64,000 nt of DNA from the NCBI GenBank assembly GCA_030390025.1, contig CM059432.1, forward strand, positions 141,300,001 to 141,364,000, written 5' to 3'. The notes under the pieces are model-generated. The model made no database searches. It worked only from the letters and a program-made list of their open reading frames with translations, and was not told where the DNA came from. Of this stretch, positions 1 through 13,600 are shown piece after piece. Position 1 is the first letter of the stretch. Each line of letters begins with the position of its first letter. Position numbers and translations under genes: made by a program. Source of the stretch: Squalus acanthias (lineage: Eukaryota).

Positions 1-1395
1 TCCCCTGGGCGGAAGAGACCTCCCCAGGAGATCAACACAGCCTGGTTGCACATTACACAGGAGGACACAAGCAGGGATGTTGTAAGGAGGACCAGGCTGC
101 AGTGGCACAAACCTTTCAATGATCTCAGTAGATCACAAAACGTTACTGCCAAGCCACACTCAACCTCATCCTGCTGTGCCACTCATCACATCCCCATCAC
201 TCTGCCTTCCCTACCCTACTCCTGCACATCTTTACTCACACCAACTTACCTTGCACCTCCACCCATCCCTCTCTATCTACATTATCACTTCCCCATCTCA
301 CTAGCCACCCCTCACACTCACCCTCATCCTACTGCAAGCTTACAAACTAACAACACACAAGGGTCGGCACTTGGGTGTTTTATGCAATGTTCATGTGAAG
401 TTTCTGGTAATGTGTTGTCAAACATTGAAACTTTTATTTTCAGCACTTTGCGGTCTTGGACAGATTTGTGTGCACCTTTGGAAGTGGCTTAGTGAGTTGC
501 AGTGAATGGTGAGACATAAGGGTACCCCCCGCAATGGTGATGAGTGTGGAAGGAATGGCTTGGGCATTGATGGGATGCTTTATGGTGTTGGTGTGGGGTG
601 GTGCCTACCTGGCGCATCTTGTGGCAGCCAGGGTGTACAGCGTCAAGTGAAGTAAATCTGGCCACGGTGAGGCCATCCCTGGCCTCCCAGGCAGCAATGT
701 GCTCGGGTGCTGATGCCCTCTGTCCTGTGCAGCATCAGGTGATTGCGGAGAAGGTTGGTGTTGTAGTTGTTGCTGCTGGTGTGCCTGGTGATGCTGGTGT
801 TGGGGCTGATCTTGGTGGGATGCTGAGGGCCAAGGTGAGATATTTTCAAGGGCAACGATGCTGATGGAATAGATGGCAGGTGAGGTTGAGATGACAGAAG
901 CGATCTGTCAATGGTGAGAGAGGTTGTTCCAATGAGGTGGCACTGGATAGAGAGTTGGCTCCAAACACTTGCAAGCTGCAGAAAGCTCAATCTGTCTTCC
1001 AAATGCAGTAAGCAACAGCTTCTGAGCTTTGAAAGTGAACAGCTGTAATATGGGATACTTTATACAACTTTGGCAACTGTCAGGTCATGAGATAATTCAA
1101 TGCTGAGCTGACGTGTTCCCCGATCAGCGGGTAACCCATGGGGGAGCACGTAAAATTGAAATGTAGGCATAAAATAACAGTTAATTGGATGTTAACAATC
1201 CATTTAATGATGTCAATTGCCCCCCCCACCCCGGTCGCTTGGTGTCGGGTCTGCTCAGCGCTGAGAGACCCGACACCTGGGAGACTCGCGTGGAGGCGGG
1301 TTGACAGCGGTTTCCCTACCCGCTGTCAATCTTTTCTATTTTGACAGCGGACCCGCCTCCGAACCCGCCCTCTGAGCACCGGCATAATTCAGCCC
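1..1395. mobile_element. PIF/Harbinger-type DNA transposon remnant with Myb/SANT-like ORF fragment
   Basis: AWLHITQEDTSRDVVRRTRLQWHKPFNDL resembles the Harbinger Myb/SANT motif (W...RT..QC.K.FNDL); terminus aattcagccc; 770-1060 is homologous to 9270-9590. Confidence 0.65.
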
Positions 1396-1505
1396 AATGA
1401 TTCAGAATTTCTATACAAAATGATCAAATATTTTGCGGGGGGGGGGTGGGGGAACGGGGGTTTAATTTCTAAACTAGCACCGCTTCTAGATGTATTGTGC
1501 CTTAC

Positions 1506-1645
1506 CTCTTTTGCCTCTTCACCACTCAGGGGAGTGCACGCCAATCTGTATAAAGTAACGTCATCAGCAGTATGTCTCCAACTAACTCTGAACTCGTCCA
1601 CAGAAACATCGCTGACCGTTAAGCCCAAAGGCTTTGGGACATTCT
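1506..1645 (-). CDS. COL14A1: COL14A1 exon (approx. exon 16), FN3 first half, 140 bp
   Basis: attcag|AG AAT GTC...AAA GAG|gtaagg; [47 protein letters not shown]. Confidence 0.9.
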
Positions 1646-4600
1646 CTGAATTGGACAAGGATTAAAAAAAAAAGCACAGCAAAGCATTAGGGCGTAAAGT
1701 GCATTCTGTAGAAGCGCGTTTTATTTTTCATATTGAATCGCTAATTGTAAGGTAGAACGTGAGCGAGAGTCACGGAATAATTTTTGCTGAGAAGACGTAA
1801 AGACAAATTCGGCGACTTACTTGTGGTAAAACTGCCTGTGAGTGGGTCCGATTGTCCTTCATCGTAAACTGAAAAAATGGCAACCGTGTACTCTGTCAGC
1901 GATGTCAGGTTTCTTAAGAAAATTGTCGTCGAATCTTCAACTTCAACCTAGAGGTCATAAATAGAAGATAATCACCAATAAATCCAATAGGGAATTCAGG
2001 AGAAACTTCTTTACCCAGAGAGTGGTGAGAATGTGGAACTCGCTACCACAGGGAGTGGTTGAGGCGAATAGCAGAGATGTATTTAAGGGGAAGCGAGATA
2101 AACATAGAAACATAGAAACATAGAAACATAGAAACATAGAAACATAGAATCTAGGAGCAGGAGTAGGCCATTCGGCCCGTCGAGCCTGCTCCACCATTCA
2201 ATACGATCATGGCTGATCATCCAAATCCAGTACCCTGTCCCTGCTTTAATCCCCACAGTACACATATCCCACCCTACCCCCGTAACCCCACGTATTTAAT
2301 TCCCCCTAACATATCCCATCCTATCCCCATAACCCCACATATTTAATCCCCCCCTAATTCTAAGGGTCAATTTATCATAGCCAAATCAACCTAACCCGCA
2401 CATTTTTGGACTGTGGGAGGAAACCGGAGCACCCGGAGAAAACCCACGCAGACACATGAAAACACATGATGGAGAAAGGAATAGAAGGTTATGCTGATGG
2501 GGCGAGATGAAATAGGGTGGGAGGAGGCTCGTGTGGAGCATAAACGCCAGCATGGACCACTGGGGCGAATGTCGTCTACTCTGGATAGAAGCTATTCCGT
2601 CAAGGAAGGATCTTAGCGGGCAATGGTTGACGAGTTGCTCCGTGGATTGGGTAGGCTCTCCACAGTCGCACCAATGGTCTATCCTTCATCTTCCATTGAT
2701 GTACAGGTGGTTGCAGTGCCTGTATGAAGCTCTGATGCGGTTCACAGCGACCCACTGAAGCCCGGTTTATCCCCGGGGTCCAGTTCTGGCCCCCCCCACC
2801 CCACGTGGTGGGTGCCCTTGGAACAGGTCCAGAGGAGAGCCAAGAGAATGAGTCCTAGCTTAAAAAACCTCAGCTACTCAGATAGGCTCAAGGACCTTGG
2901 TCTATTTACTTCAGAGTAACGTAGACTTAGAGGTGATATGATGGAAGTCTATAAAATAATGAAAGGGCTGGAAAGAGTCCCTATTGAGAGATTGGGGAGG
3001 GCCAGGGGACATGCCTTTAAATTGCGTAAGAGTAGGAATAGACTGGATGTTGGGTGGTTCTTCTTTCCCAGAGAATAGTGACCATCTAGTATGTGTTGCG
3101 GGCTGGTGCGGTGGGTGCTGACTCTCTGCCTTCAAGAGGGAGCTGGACCGGTTCCTGACTGGCACAGAGATCCCATCATAGAGAAGGTCAGTGTCTTTAC
3201 AGATAACACTCGGCCCGTGTGATCTCCTGGACTGGTTTCGATCGCCTGAGGGGGTCAGAGAGGAATTTTACAGAGTATGTTTGCCCTTTTTTGCCTTGGA
3301 ATTTTAATGTTCTTTTTGTCTCTCCCAGGAGATTACTGCGGGGTTGGGGGTGGGGTGGGGGGGGAGGTGAGGGGTGGGAGTGGGGAGTGTCTAGTCATGA
3401 CATTGCAACCATCATGAGGTGTTGGGCAGGATTGATGGACCAGGTGGTCTTTTCCTGCCCATTAATTTCAGGTCCTGATTCGATGTGGGTCATGCTGTGC
3501 AATTACCTGGGCACAGGTGTGCTGGCCAGCTCTAGACCCACATTACTCTTTAGTCATGTAATCCTTGAAGAATGGCACAAGTCTTCGGAGTAACATCCTT
3601 TCTGGGAGCTTGCAGAAAGTGATATCGGCCGGTGGGTTTCTTGGAGTATCAGCAGCTTCCCCCCCCCCCCCGGTCTCAGAATGACCTTTGTGTATTGCCG
3701 TAACTTGGGCCAGAGGTGTGCATGTTGGTGAAGAAGGACGCCAACCACTTGCGGTCACATTGACCCAGGCTCTTCAGGAATTCTGGCAAGGCGCCTTCTG
3801 AGCCTGCGGTTTTGCCGGATTCGGAAAGCACCAGAGCTCTCGTCCACTCCTACCCCCGGCGAAGGGCCTCAATAAACACGATGTTGGTGGGCAGTCAGAA
3901 AGGGGAAAGGGAGACTCCTTGCCCTCAGCGGTCCGCTCTGGTAAATGCTCCAGCACGGCTAATGCCATCAACCGGGTGAGCGAACGGTGATCGACAGCCT
4001 CCCGGTCCAAGAAGGAACATGCTCGACGTTCCCAAACCAAGGAGGTCCTTTACGGGGTCAACAAGAGGGCCACATTGGCGTGTCCGTCACCTCAACATGG
4101 CAGGCCTCGCACCTGCAAAATGTGACCACTTGCCCAAGTTGTTTTATGAATTGAAGATAGGCCTTTTTCCGTAAAAGTACAGCCTTAAAATGTTATAACA
4201 AATCCTTCGAAGGCTTCTTTACCAGCGGAGTAAAATTGTTGATGCCAGGTCTCTACGTCAATGAGCATGACCTACGTGTACCCACATACGCAATTTGATG
4301 AGAGAGAACAGATGTGTTTTTTTAATTAATTCTCGAGATGTGGGCAGCACAGGCATTTATTGCCCATACAATAGCAAAATACTGCGGATGCTGGAAATCT
4401 GAAATAACAACAGAAAGTGCTGGAAACACTCAGCAGGCCAGGCAGCATCGAAGAGAGGAGAAACAGAGTCAACGGTTCGGGTCGAACCCTTCTTCGTCAG
4501 AACTGGAAACGGTTAGGGAGGAGAGATGTTTAAGCAGGGGCAGGGAGGAGGGGAGGAAAGAACAAAGGGAAGGTCTGTGATGGGGTGGAAGGCAGGAGAG

Positions 4601-7600
4601 ATTGAAAGACAAAAGGGATGATAGTGTAAGGCAAAAGGTAATGGGACAAGTTAAGAAACAAAAGATGACTCTAGAGGCCCCTGCTTAAACATCTCTCCTC
4701 CCTAACCGTTTCCAGTTCTGATGAAGGGTTCGACCCAAAACGTTGACTCTGTTTCTCCTCTCTTCGATGCTGCCTGACCTGCTGAGTGTTTCCAGCACTT
4801 TCTGTTGTTATTTCATTTATTGCCCATTCCTGGTACAACTGAGGGGCTTGCTAGGCCATGCCAGGGGGCAGTTAAGAGTCAACCATGTTGGATGTGGAGA
4901 CTGGAGTCACTTATAGGCCCAGACTGGGTAAGGACGGCAGGTTTCCTTCCCCTAAAGGGGGCATTAGTGAACCAGTTGGGTTTTTAATGACAATCCGACA
5001 GCTTCACGGTCACTTTGGTGATACTTTGGTTAGCGTGAACAAACAAAATGGTTACTCATTAACGCACATTTAGTTAGTGCAAAACACAGAGCAATTTCCC
5101 CCCGGCCCCCTCAATCAGTCTTCAACAATTATAGATTAACGGTAAATTTGTCTTCTTATTGCTATCAGCGAGCTGTTCAGTAACAGATTCCTGCGCTTAC
5201 CTCATTTATTGTAGCCCCGTCGGTTTTCACGTACATGATGCGATACCCGCGAGCTTTCTTTGAGCCAGCATCCCAGGTGACCCTGCCAGTGCTGTGCCCA
5301 ATCTCTGAGAACTGGAGGTTTCTGGGAGGAGCAAGTGGCACTGTAAAAAGAACAACATATACATTGATTTTCAGGTAAATCCATGTACAAGGTAAAAAGA
5401 TTTTGTAAATCAACTTCTTTATAATATATTTTCCGCATTGGACATAGAGGGCTGGATTTTGATACTGGGGCGGGTTGGGGTCGTGTCATCCACTTTTCGT
5501 GTTATCCACCCGACTGCAATTGGATGTGGGAGATTGATGCAATTTTCACCTAATTGGGCAATTGAGTTCCAGCATGTGGGAACCCATGAACCAATTAGTG
5601 GTTTCAGTCTGAAAGTCGCCTCTGATGGTGTCATCATTGCTGCTGCATTGCAGGTCAGAGACTGCTTGGCCTTTGCTGTGAGAGGACCTGGATGCAAAAT
5701 GAGCAGCATCTCTAAGGAGAGAGAGAGAGAGAGAGAGCGGGTTTTTTTTTCCATCCAGGTCCTCTCATAGGAAAGGCCAGGCAGTCTCTGAAGACATTCA
5801 ATGCAGCAGCATCAGAGGCGACTTTCAGATCACATCTCCGTTGTAATAGTGGACCTGCAGCTGATAGTCAGCTATCCAAATGTGCTCCCGCCAGGTTTCA
5901 CAATCGTGGTTCAGAACAGGCGTGCTTCACGTAGATCAAGGGTTAAAATCACAAAGCCCTTTCAAAATGGCATTATAGAGGCAATTTAGTGCTTGTTAAG
6001 GGCCTTAACAGCCTATCCCGCCTCTTAAAGGCGGGATGGAGTCGGGACCAGCAGACACGATTTAATGAAAATTGCGTGGAGGCGGGATGGAGGCGGACTT
6101 GTGCCCGCCCGCCAGTTTTCGCAATTTTAACCCCCCACACGCCTCCAAACCCACCTCCACGGGTCAATGAAAATCCAGCCCAAAGTGTAAATTAAATGAT
6201 TACAAACAATCTGCAGTACACGTTATTTGTTTACTATCCAGTAATGTCATCACCCCTGTGCTCGCTGACCTACATTGGCTCCTGATCCGGTAGCACCTCG
6301 ATTTTAAAATTCTCATCCTTGTTTTCAAATCTCTCCATGGCCTCGCTACCTCAGTAACCTCTGAGGGTGGATGCTGGGAGAATGTTTCCCTTGGCTGGGG
6401 AGTCTAGAACCAGGGGCCACAGCCTCAGGATAAAGGGGTCGGCCATTCAGGACTGAGATGAAAAGAAATTTCTTCACACAGAGGGTGGTGAATCTTTGGA
6501 ATTCTCTACCCCAGAGGGCTGTGGAGGCTCAGTCATTGGGTATATTCAAAACAGAAGTCGATAGATTTCTGACTAGTAAGGGCATCAAGGGATATGGCGA
6601 TAGGGCCGGTGAATGGAGTTGAGGCAGAAGATCAGCCATGACCTCATTGAATGGCGGAGCAGGCTCGAAGGGCTGAACAGCCTACACCTGCTCCTATTTC
6701 TTATGTTCTTATATGTTCTCCTCCAGCCCTACAACCCTCCGAGATCTCTGCGCTCCTTCAATTTTGGCCGCTTGCGCATCCCCGATTTTAGTCGCTCCAC
6801 CATTGGCGGCCGTGCCTTCAGTTGCCTGGGCCCTAAGCTCTGGAATTCCCTCCCTAAACCTCTCCCCCTCTCTACCTCTCCCTCCTCCTTTAAGACGCCC
6901 CTTAAAACCTACCTCTTTGACCAAGCTTTAGGTCACCTGCCCTAATATCTCATGTGGCTCGGTGTCACAATTTGTCTGATAATCGCTCCTGTGAAGTGCC
7001 TTGGGACGTTTTACTACCTTAAGGGTGCGAGTTGTTGTCGTTGGATATAGGATGAGGTGATTCACACTAACATCTATTTCAAAAGATAAACCTCTGCTGC
7101 CCAGAAACTGGTACTGTGCCCAAATCGGGGTGCGATCCCAGAGCTGTGCACACTTGCACGTACCTAATAAGGCCGGCAGCAGGGCCACAAGAAATGCGTC
7201 CGTCAGCCTCATGTGCGGGAGGTGCATGCAGGCCAGTATCGGCCCTAGAGGCAGCTTACCAGTCCCTGGGGAGGAACCAGGATCGGCCAGATTAATGACA
7301 GTGGCCCGAATGGCCTCCTTCTGTGCTGTGTGCTTCTAGGAAAAGCACACCTGTTGGTGTTGCCCCTAATCACAAGCTTTACTTCAGCATTTCGTACAGG
7401 CCATGATACACTGGGTGTTGAGGCCTATATTCCCCAGGGTTTAGAAGAATGAGAGGTGATCTCATTGAAACATATAAAATTCTTAAGGGCTTGACAGGGT
7501 AGATACAGGGAGGATGTTTCCCCTGGCTGGGGAGTCTAGAGCCAGGGGGTCACAGTCTCAGAATAAGGGGTCGGCCATTTAGGACTGAGATGAGGAGAAA

Positions 7601-10600
7601 TTTCTTCACTCAGAGGGTGGTGAATCTTTGGAATTCTCTACCCCAGAGGGCTGTGGAGGCTCAGTCGTTGAGTATATTCAAGACAGAGATCGATAGATTT
7701 TTGGATACTAAGGGAATCAAGGGATATGGGGATAGTGCAGGAAGGTGGAGTTGAGGTCGAAGATCAGCCATGATCTTACTGAATGGCAGAGCAGGCTCGA
7801 GGCCTACTCCTGCTCCTATTTCTTATGAGATAACACGAGGAATATAACAACGACAACAACTTGTATTTATATAGTGCCTTTAACGTAGTAAAACGTCCCT
7901 CTCTCTCTCTCTCTTAGGCAGTCCCTCGGAACCGAGGATGACTTGCTTCCACATTAAACGTCCCAAGGCGCTGCACAGGAGTATTATAAGACAACAAATT
8001 TGACACCGATCCACATAAGGATAAATTAGGGCAGGTGACCAAAGGCTTGGTCAAAGAGGTAGGTTTTAAGGAGCGTCTTAAAGGAGGAAAGAGAGGTAGA
8101 GAGGTGGAGAGGTTTAGGCAGGGAATTCCAGAGCTTAGGGCCCAGGCAACAGAAGGCACGGCCATCAAAGGTTGAGCGATTATAATCAGGGATGCTCAAG
8201 AGGGCAGAATTTGAGGAGCGCAGATATCTCGGGGGGTTGTGGGGCTGAAGGAGATTACAGAGATAGGGAGGGGCGAGGTCATGGAGGGATTTGAAAACAA
8301 GGATGAGAATTTTGAAATCGAGGCGCTGCTTAACTGGGAGCCAATGTAGGTCAGCGAGCACAGGGGTGATGGGCGAACGGGACTTGGTGCGAGTTAGGAC
8401 ACGGTCAGCACAGTTTTGGATGACCTCAGGTTTACGTAGGGTGGAATGTGGGAGGTCAGCCAGGTGTGCATTTGAATAGTCAAATCTAGAGGTAACAAAG
8501 GCATAGATGAGGGTTTCAGCAGCGGATGAGCTGAGGCAAGGGCGGAGACGGGCGATGTTACAGAGGTGGAAGTAAGCGGTCTTTGTTATGCTGCGGATAT
8601 GTGGTCGGAAGCTCATTTCAGGGTCAAATATGACACCAAGGTTGCGAACTGTGTAGTTCAGCCTCAGACAGATGTTAGGTAAATAAGTAAAAGCACGACC
8701 AAGACCTACGTGTCGTTTCTTGTCCTGTCAATGGGTCGCTCGCCTCCTCACCATACATGGCATACACTGTTACTGTATATTCAGTGTCCGCAGACAGTCC
8801 CTCCAGTTCTATATCTGTAACTGAATCGGCCACTTTTACCTGTGGTGAAATAAGGAAAATGCAACAAGCTGATTTCGCAATCATACCTCTTATCATTTCA
8901 CTGTCAATATAAAACTGGAAATCACAGGTTGACTTCACTGCATGAGGACATTCTTCTGAATTCTTGCCCTTTATCTTTGAAAGCCTAAGTCTAAATTCGA
9001 ATCATATTATGGGCTGGATTTTACCAACCTTGGCAGGTCCGGGACGACATGATTTCACGATGATTGGGTTTGTTGAACCCGCCCTGCGAGGTTCCCCGCC
9101 AATTAAAAGGAAGCTGGTCTGATGATGTCATTTGATGACGTGTCATCAGCCAGTTTCCTTAAAGGGACCATGTCCACAATCATTTTGACAGTTCTGCTGT
9201 CAGTGTTCTGCAGCATTGAGGTGCTGCAAACACTGACAACCGCTGCACAAAGGTGCACGGCTGCACCCAGGCTGGTGCTGGTGTGCCTGGTGCTGCTGGT
9301 GTTGGGGCTGATCGTGGCGGGATACTGCGGACCAAGCTGAGATTTTTTCAAGGGCACCGATGCTGATGGAATAGATGGCAGGTGAGGTTGAGATGACAGA
9401 AGCGATCCGTCAGTGGTGAGAGAGGTTGCTCCAAGGAGGTGACACTGGACAGAGAGTTTCCTCTAAACACTTCAAACCTCCATAAATCTGAAAAGTGTAT
9501 TCCAAATCCTGAAGGCTTCAGCGTCTAAGATTGGAAAGTGAACAGCTGTGAAATGGTAGCTTTTATACCACTTTTGCAACTGTCGACTATTCACAGCAAT
9601 GGAGAGTCATTGAGAACCCGACACACTTACCTGACGTGATCCCCGAGCGCCGGGAACCTCGTAAAAAACATGGAAAAATCGTTAGGACCTGATAAATTGC
9701 TGCTTAAATATCTTTAAGCAGCTTCTTAAGTATCTCAGTTGCCTGACCCGCCGCTTAGTGCCAGGTCTACAAACCGCAGGCGGAGCTAGCACTCGGGAAA
9801 TTAACAAGGAGGCGGGATCAGAGCGGAATTCCGCCCCGCTGTCAATCACTGCCATTTTGACAGCAGACCCGCCTCCAAACTCGCACTCACAGCCCCGGTA
9901 AGATTCCGGCCATAGAATCACACAGCACAGAAGAGGCCATTCGGCCCATCGTGCCTGTGCCAGGTCTTTGAAAGAGCTGTCCAATTAGTCCCACTCCCCC
10001 CTGCTCTTCTCTGCAATCTTTTCCATTTCAAGTATTTATCCAATTCCCTTTCAAATGTTACGATTGAATCTGCTTCCACCACCTTTTCAGGCAGTGCCTT
10101 CCAGATCACAACAACTCGCTGTGTAAAAATATTTCTCCTTCTCTCACTTCTGGCTCTTCTGCCAATTATCTTAAATCTGTGTCCTCTGGTTACCGACCTT
10201 CCTGCCAGTGGAAATAGTTTCTCTTTTTTTCTGTATCAAAACCCTACATAACTTTGAACACCTATTAAATCTCCCCTTAACTTTCTCTGCTCTACGGAGA
10301 ACAATCCCAGTGGTGTTCCCCAGGGGTTGGTACTGGGACCACTGCTTTTCTTGATATATATTAATGACTAGACTTGGGTGTATAGGGCACAATTTCAAAA
10401 TTTGCAGAAGACACAAAACTTGGAAATATAGTGAACAGTGAGGAGGATAGTGATAGACTTCAAGAGGACATAGACAGGCTGGTGGAATTGGCGGACACGT
10501 GGCAGATTAAATTTAACACAGAAAAGTGCGAAGTGATACATTTTGGTAGAAAGAATGAAGAGAGGGAATATAAACTAAAGGGTACAATTCTAATGGGGGT

Positions 10601-13600
10601 GCATGAACAGAGAGACCTGGGGGTATATGTGCACAAATCGTTGAAGGCGGCAGGGCAGGTTGAGAAAGCAGTTAAAAAAACATACGGGATCCTGGACTTC
10701 ATAAATAGAGGCATAGAGTACAAACAGGCAAGTTATGATGAACTTTTATAAAACACTAGTTCGGCCTCAACTGGAGTATTGTGTCCAATTCTGGGCACCA
10801 CACTTTAGGAAGGATGTCAAGGCCTTAGAGAGGGTACAGAAAAGATTTACGAGAATGGTTCCAGGGATAAGGGACTTCAGTTACGTGGATAGACTGGAGA
10901 AGCTGGGGTTTTTCTCCTTAGAGCAGAGTAAGTTGAGAGGAGATTTGGTAGAGGTGTTCAAAATCATGAGGGGTCCAAAATCATGAGGGGTCTAGACAAG
11001 AGTAGATAGAGAGAAACTGTTCCCACTGGCGGAAGGGTCGAGAACCAGAGGACACAGATTTAAGGTGATTGGCAGAAGAACCAAAGGCGACATGAGGAAA
11101 AACTTTTTCACGCAGCGAGTGGTTATGATCTGGAATGCACTGCCTGAAAGGGTGGTGGAGGCAGATTCAATTGTGGCTTTCAAAAGGGAGTTGGATAAGT
11201 ACCTGAAGGAAAAAAATTTGCAGGGCTACGGGGAAAGGGCAGGGGGAGTGGGACTAGCTGAAGTGCTCTTGCAGAGAGCCGGCACGAGCTCGACGGGCCG
11301 AATGGCCTCCTTCCGTGCTGTAACCATTCTATGATTCTATCTGAAAGTCAGCACCTCTGAGAGTACAGCACTCTGTCAGTACTGCACTGGCGTGTCAGCC
11401 TGGATTTTGTGCTTAGTTCTCTTGGAGGGGAACTTGAACCCACAACCTTCTGACTCAGAGGTGAGAGTGCTACCACTGAGCCATGGGTCTGCCAATTAGA
11501 TAAGAGAGTGTCAGGTGACCAAACTCATCCTTCAATTGAACCTGTTTAAACAGGAAAGATTCGAGAAGAGCTAAAAAGTTGTATCTTCTTATAATAACCG
11601 AACTGCTTTGTGCCCACTGCATTAGATGATAAGAGGATGTATTCTTCTTTTAATAGAAAAATGGAATATGCCCATTTGTCCGCATAATTGATGACCTGTT
11701 TACGAAACTGTGAACGCAATTTTATAAGCAGGGCTTCAATTATGGAAGAAAGCAGGCATTAAGAGGAATTAAATTATTCAATAGTTAGTAAAAACTGTAC
11801 CTCCTTTTCATCAGCTGTCTCCCCCCCAGTGAGCGCTGCGTAAAGTATCATGTAACCAGAGGCAGATTCAGCAGCCTTCCACCTGACTCTCATGCTGCTG
11901 TGGGTCACATCGTAGATATCCAGATCCACTGCTGCAGGAAGTGCCACTGAAAGGAAACAAATAAATGAATATTCACACCTAGGAACAGGCCATTCAGCCC
12001 CTCGAGCCTACCCGGTCTAAGGGGAAATGTTTGCATCTGGCATGGTCTGGACAGGGAGTTTGGTACCCTCTCCATCAGTGTGCTTTGCTATCTCTTTGTC
12101 TGACTCCCTGGGTATATATAACACAATGCTTCTGTAATACAACCAGGCAGCAAAGAAGATTGCTTCTGGAGACGTGGTACATAGGAACAGGAGGAGGCCA
12201 TTCAGCCCCTCAAGCCTATTCCGCCAATCAATTAGATCATGGCTGATCTGTTTCTTAACTCCATCTGTCCGTCTTGGTTCCGTAACCCTTAATACCCGTG
12301 CCTAACAAAAATCAATCAATCTCAGTTTTGGATTTTTCGATTGACCCCCGGCCTCAACAGCTTTTTGGGGGAGAGAGTTCCAGATTTCCACTACCCTTTG
12401 TGTGAAGAAGTGCTTCCTGACATCACCCCTGAATTACCTAGCACTAATTTTAATGTTTCCCCCACCCCCGCTTGTTCTGGACTCTCCCACTCGAGGAAAT
12501 AGTTTCTCTCTATCTACCCTATCAAATCATCTTAAATACCTCAACTAGATCACCCCTTTATCTTCTATACTCAAGGAAATACAAGCCTAGACTATGCAAC
12601 CTGTCCTCATAATTTAACCTCTTTAGCCCCAGTATCATTCATATAGTATGCAATATGGGACAACATCTACATTAAAAACTATTAATTTTATTTTAACTTA
12701 AATTTCTGTAAGGCTAAATAAAAGATATCTCACTATAGATCATGAGATGCAAGAATATTCAGAGTGACTTTGAGCTGATAGAGTCGGGTGTATCCAAGTC
12801 CCGAGTCTAACCCAATGGATGATCTGTTGCGTCTACTGACGTCCTTTGACGCAGGTGAAGATGGATCCACTTTACAAATTGTTTCAGTTTCATTGGGGGG
12901 TGACTGAAGATTACGTGGAGCAGCTGCTGCTAAGAATCTCGGTCAAAAGATGTAAAATCTGCCGTAAGGGACGAGGGTTCAAATTTGTAAAGTGTTTTCC
13001 AGCTTCACCTGCATCAAAGGACGTCAGTGGACGCATACGGATCATCCACTGGATTCAAACAGGGGAAGAGGCTGCCAAAAAGAGGTGGGACCCGAGAGGA
13101 GCAGGGACGTACGGCAAGGCCTTTGTTAGCTTTTGTTTAAAGTTGGGTTTGGACGTTTGCGGCACAAATTACTTTAGCTTTAATTTGGAGAGTTCAGAGA
13201 GATTAAAGAAAGAAAGAACTTGCATTTCTACAGCACCTTTCACTACCTCAGAATGTCCCAAAGCGCTTTACAGCCAATGAAGTACTTTTGAAGTGGAGTC
13301 ACTGTTATAATGTAGGAAATGCGCAGCCAATCTGTGCACAGCGAGCTCCCACACACAGCAACGTGATAATGACCAGATCATCTGTTTTAGTGATGTTGGT
13401 TGAGGGATAAATGTTGGCCCCTAGGACACTGGGAGAACTCCCCCTGCTCTTCTTCAAAATAGTGCCGTGGGATCTTTTATATCCACTTGAGAGGGCAGAC
13501 GGGACCTCGGTTTAATGTCTCATCCGAAGGACGGCACCTCCTCAGCACTGGCACTGAGAGTGTCAGCCTGGATTACGTGCTCACGTTCCTGGAATGGGAT

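Noticed and set aside
2101..2148. Regular 8-bp repeats and other arrays as possible CRISPR-like structure
   Set aside because: CR1/SINE microsatellite tail without spacers; vertebrate DNA
12846..13280. 144-aa plus-strand ORF
   Set aside because: TTG start, spans an inverted repeat and runs into an antisense SINE; no recognisable domain
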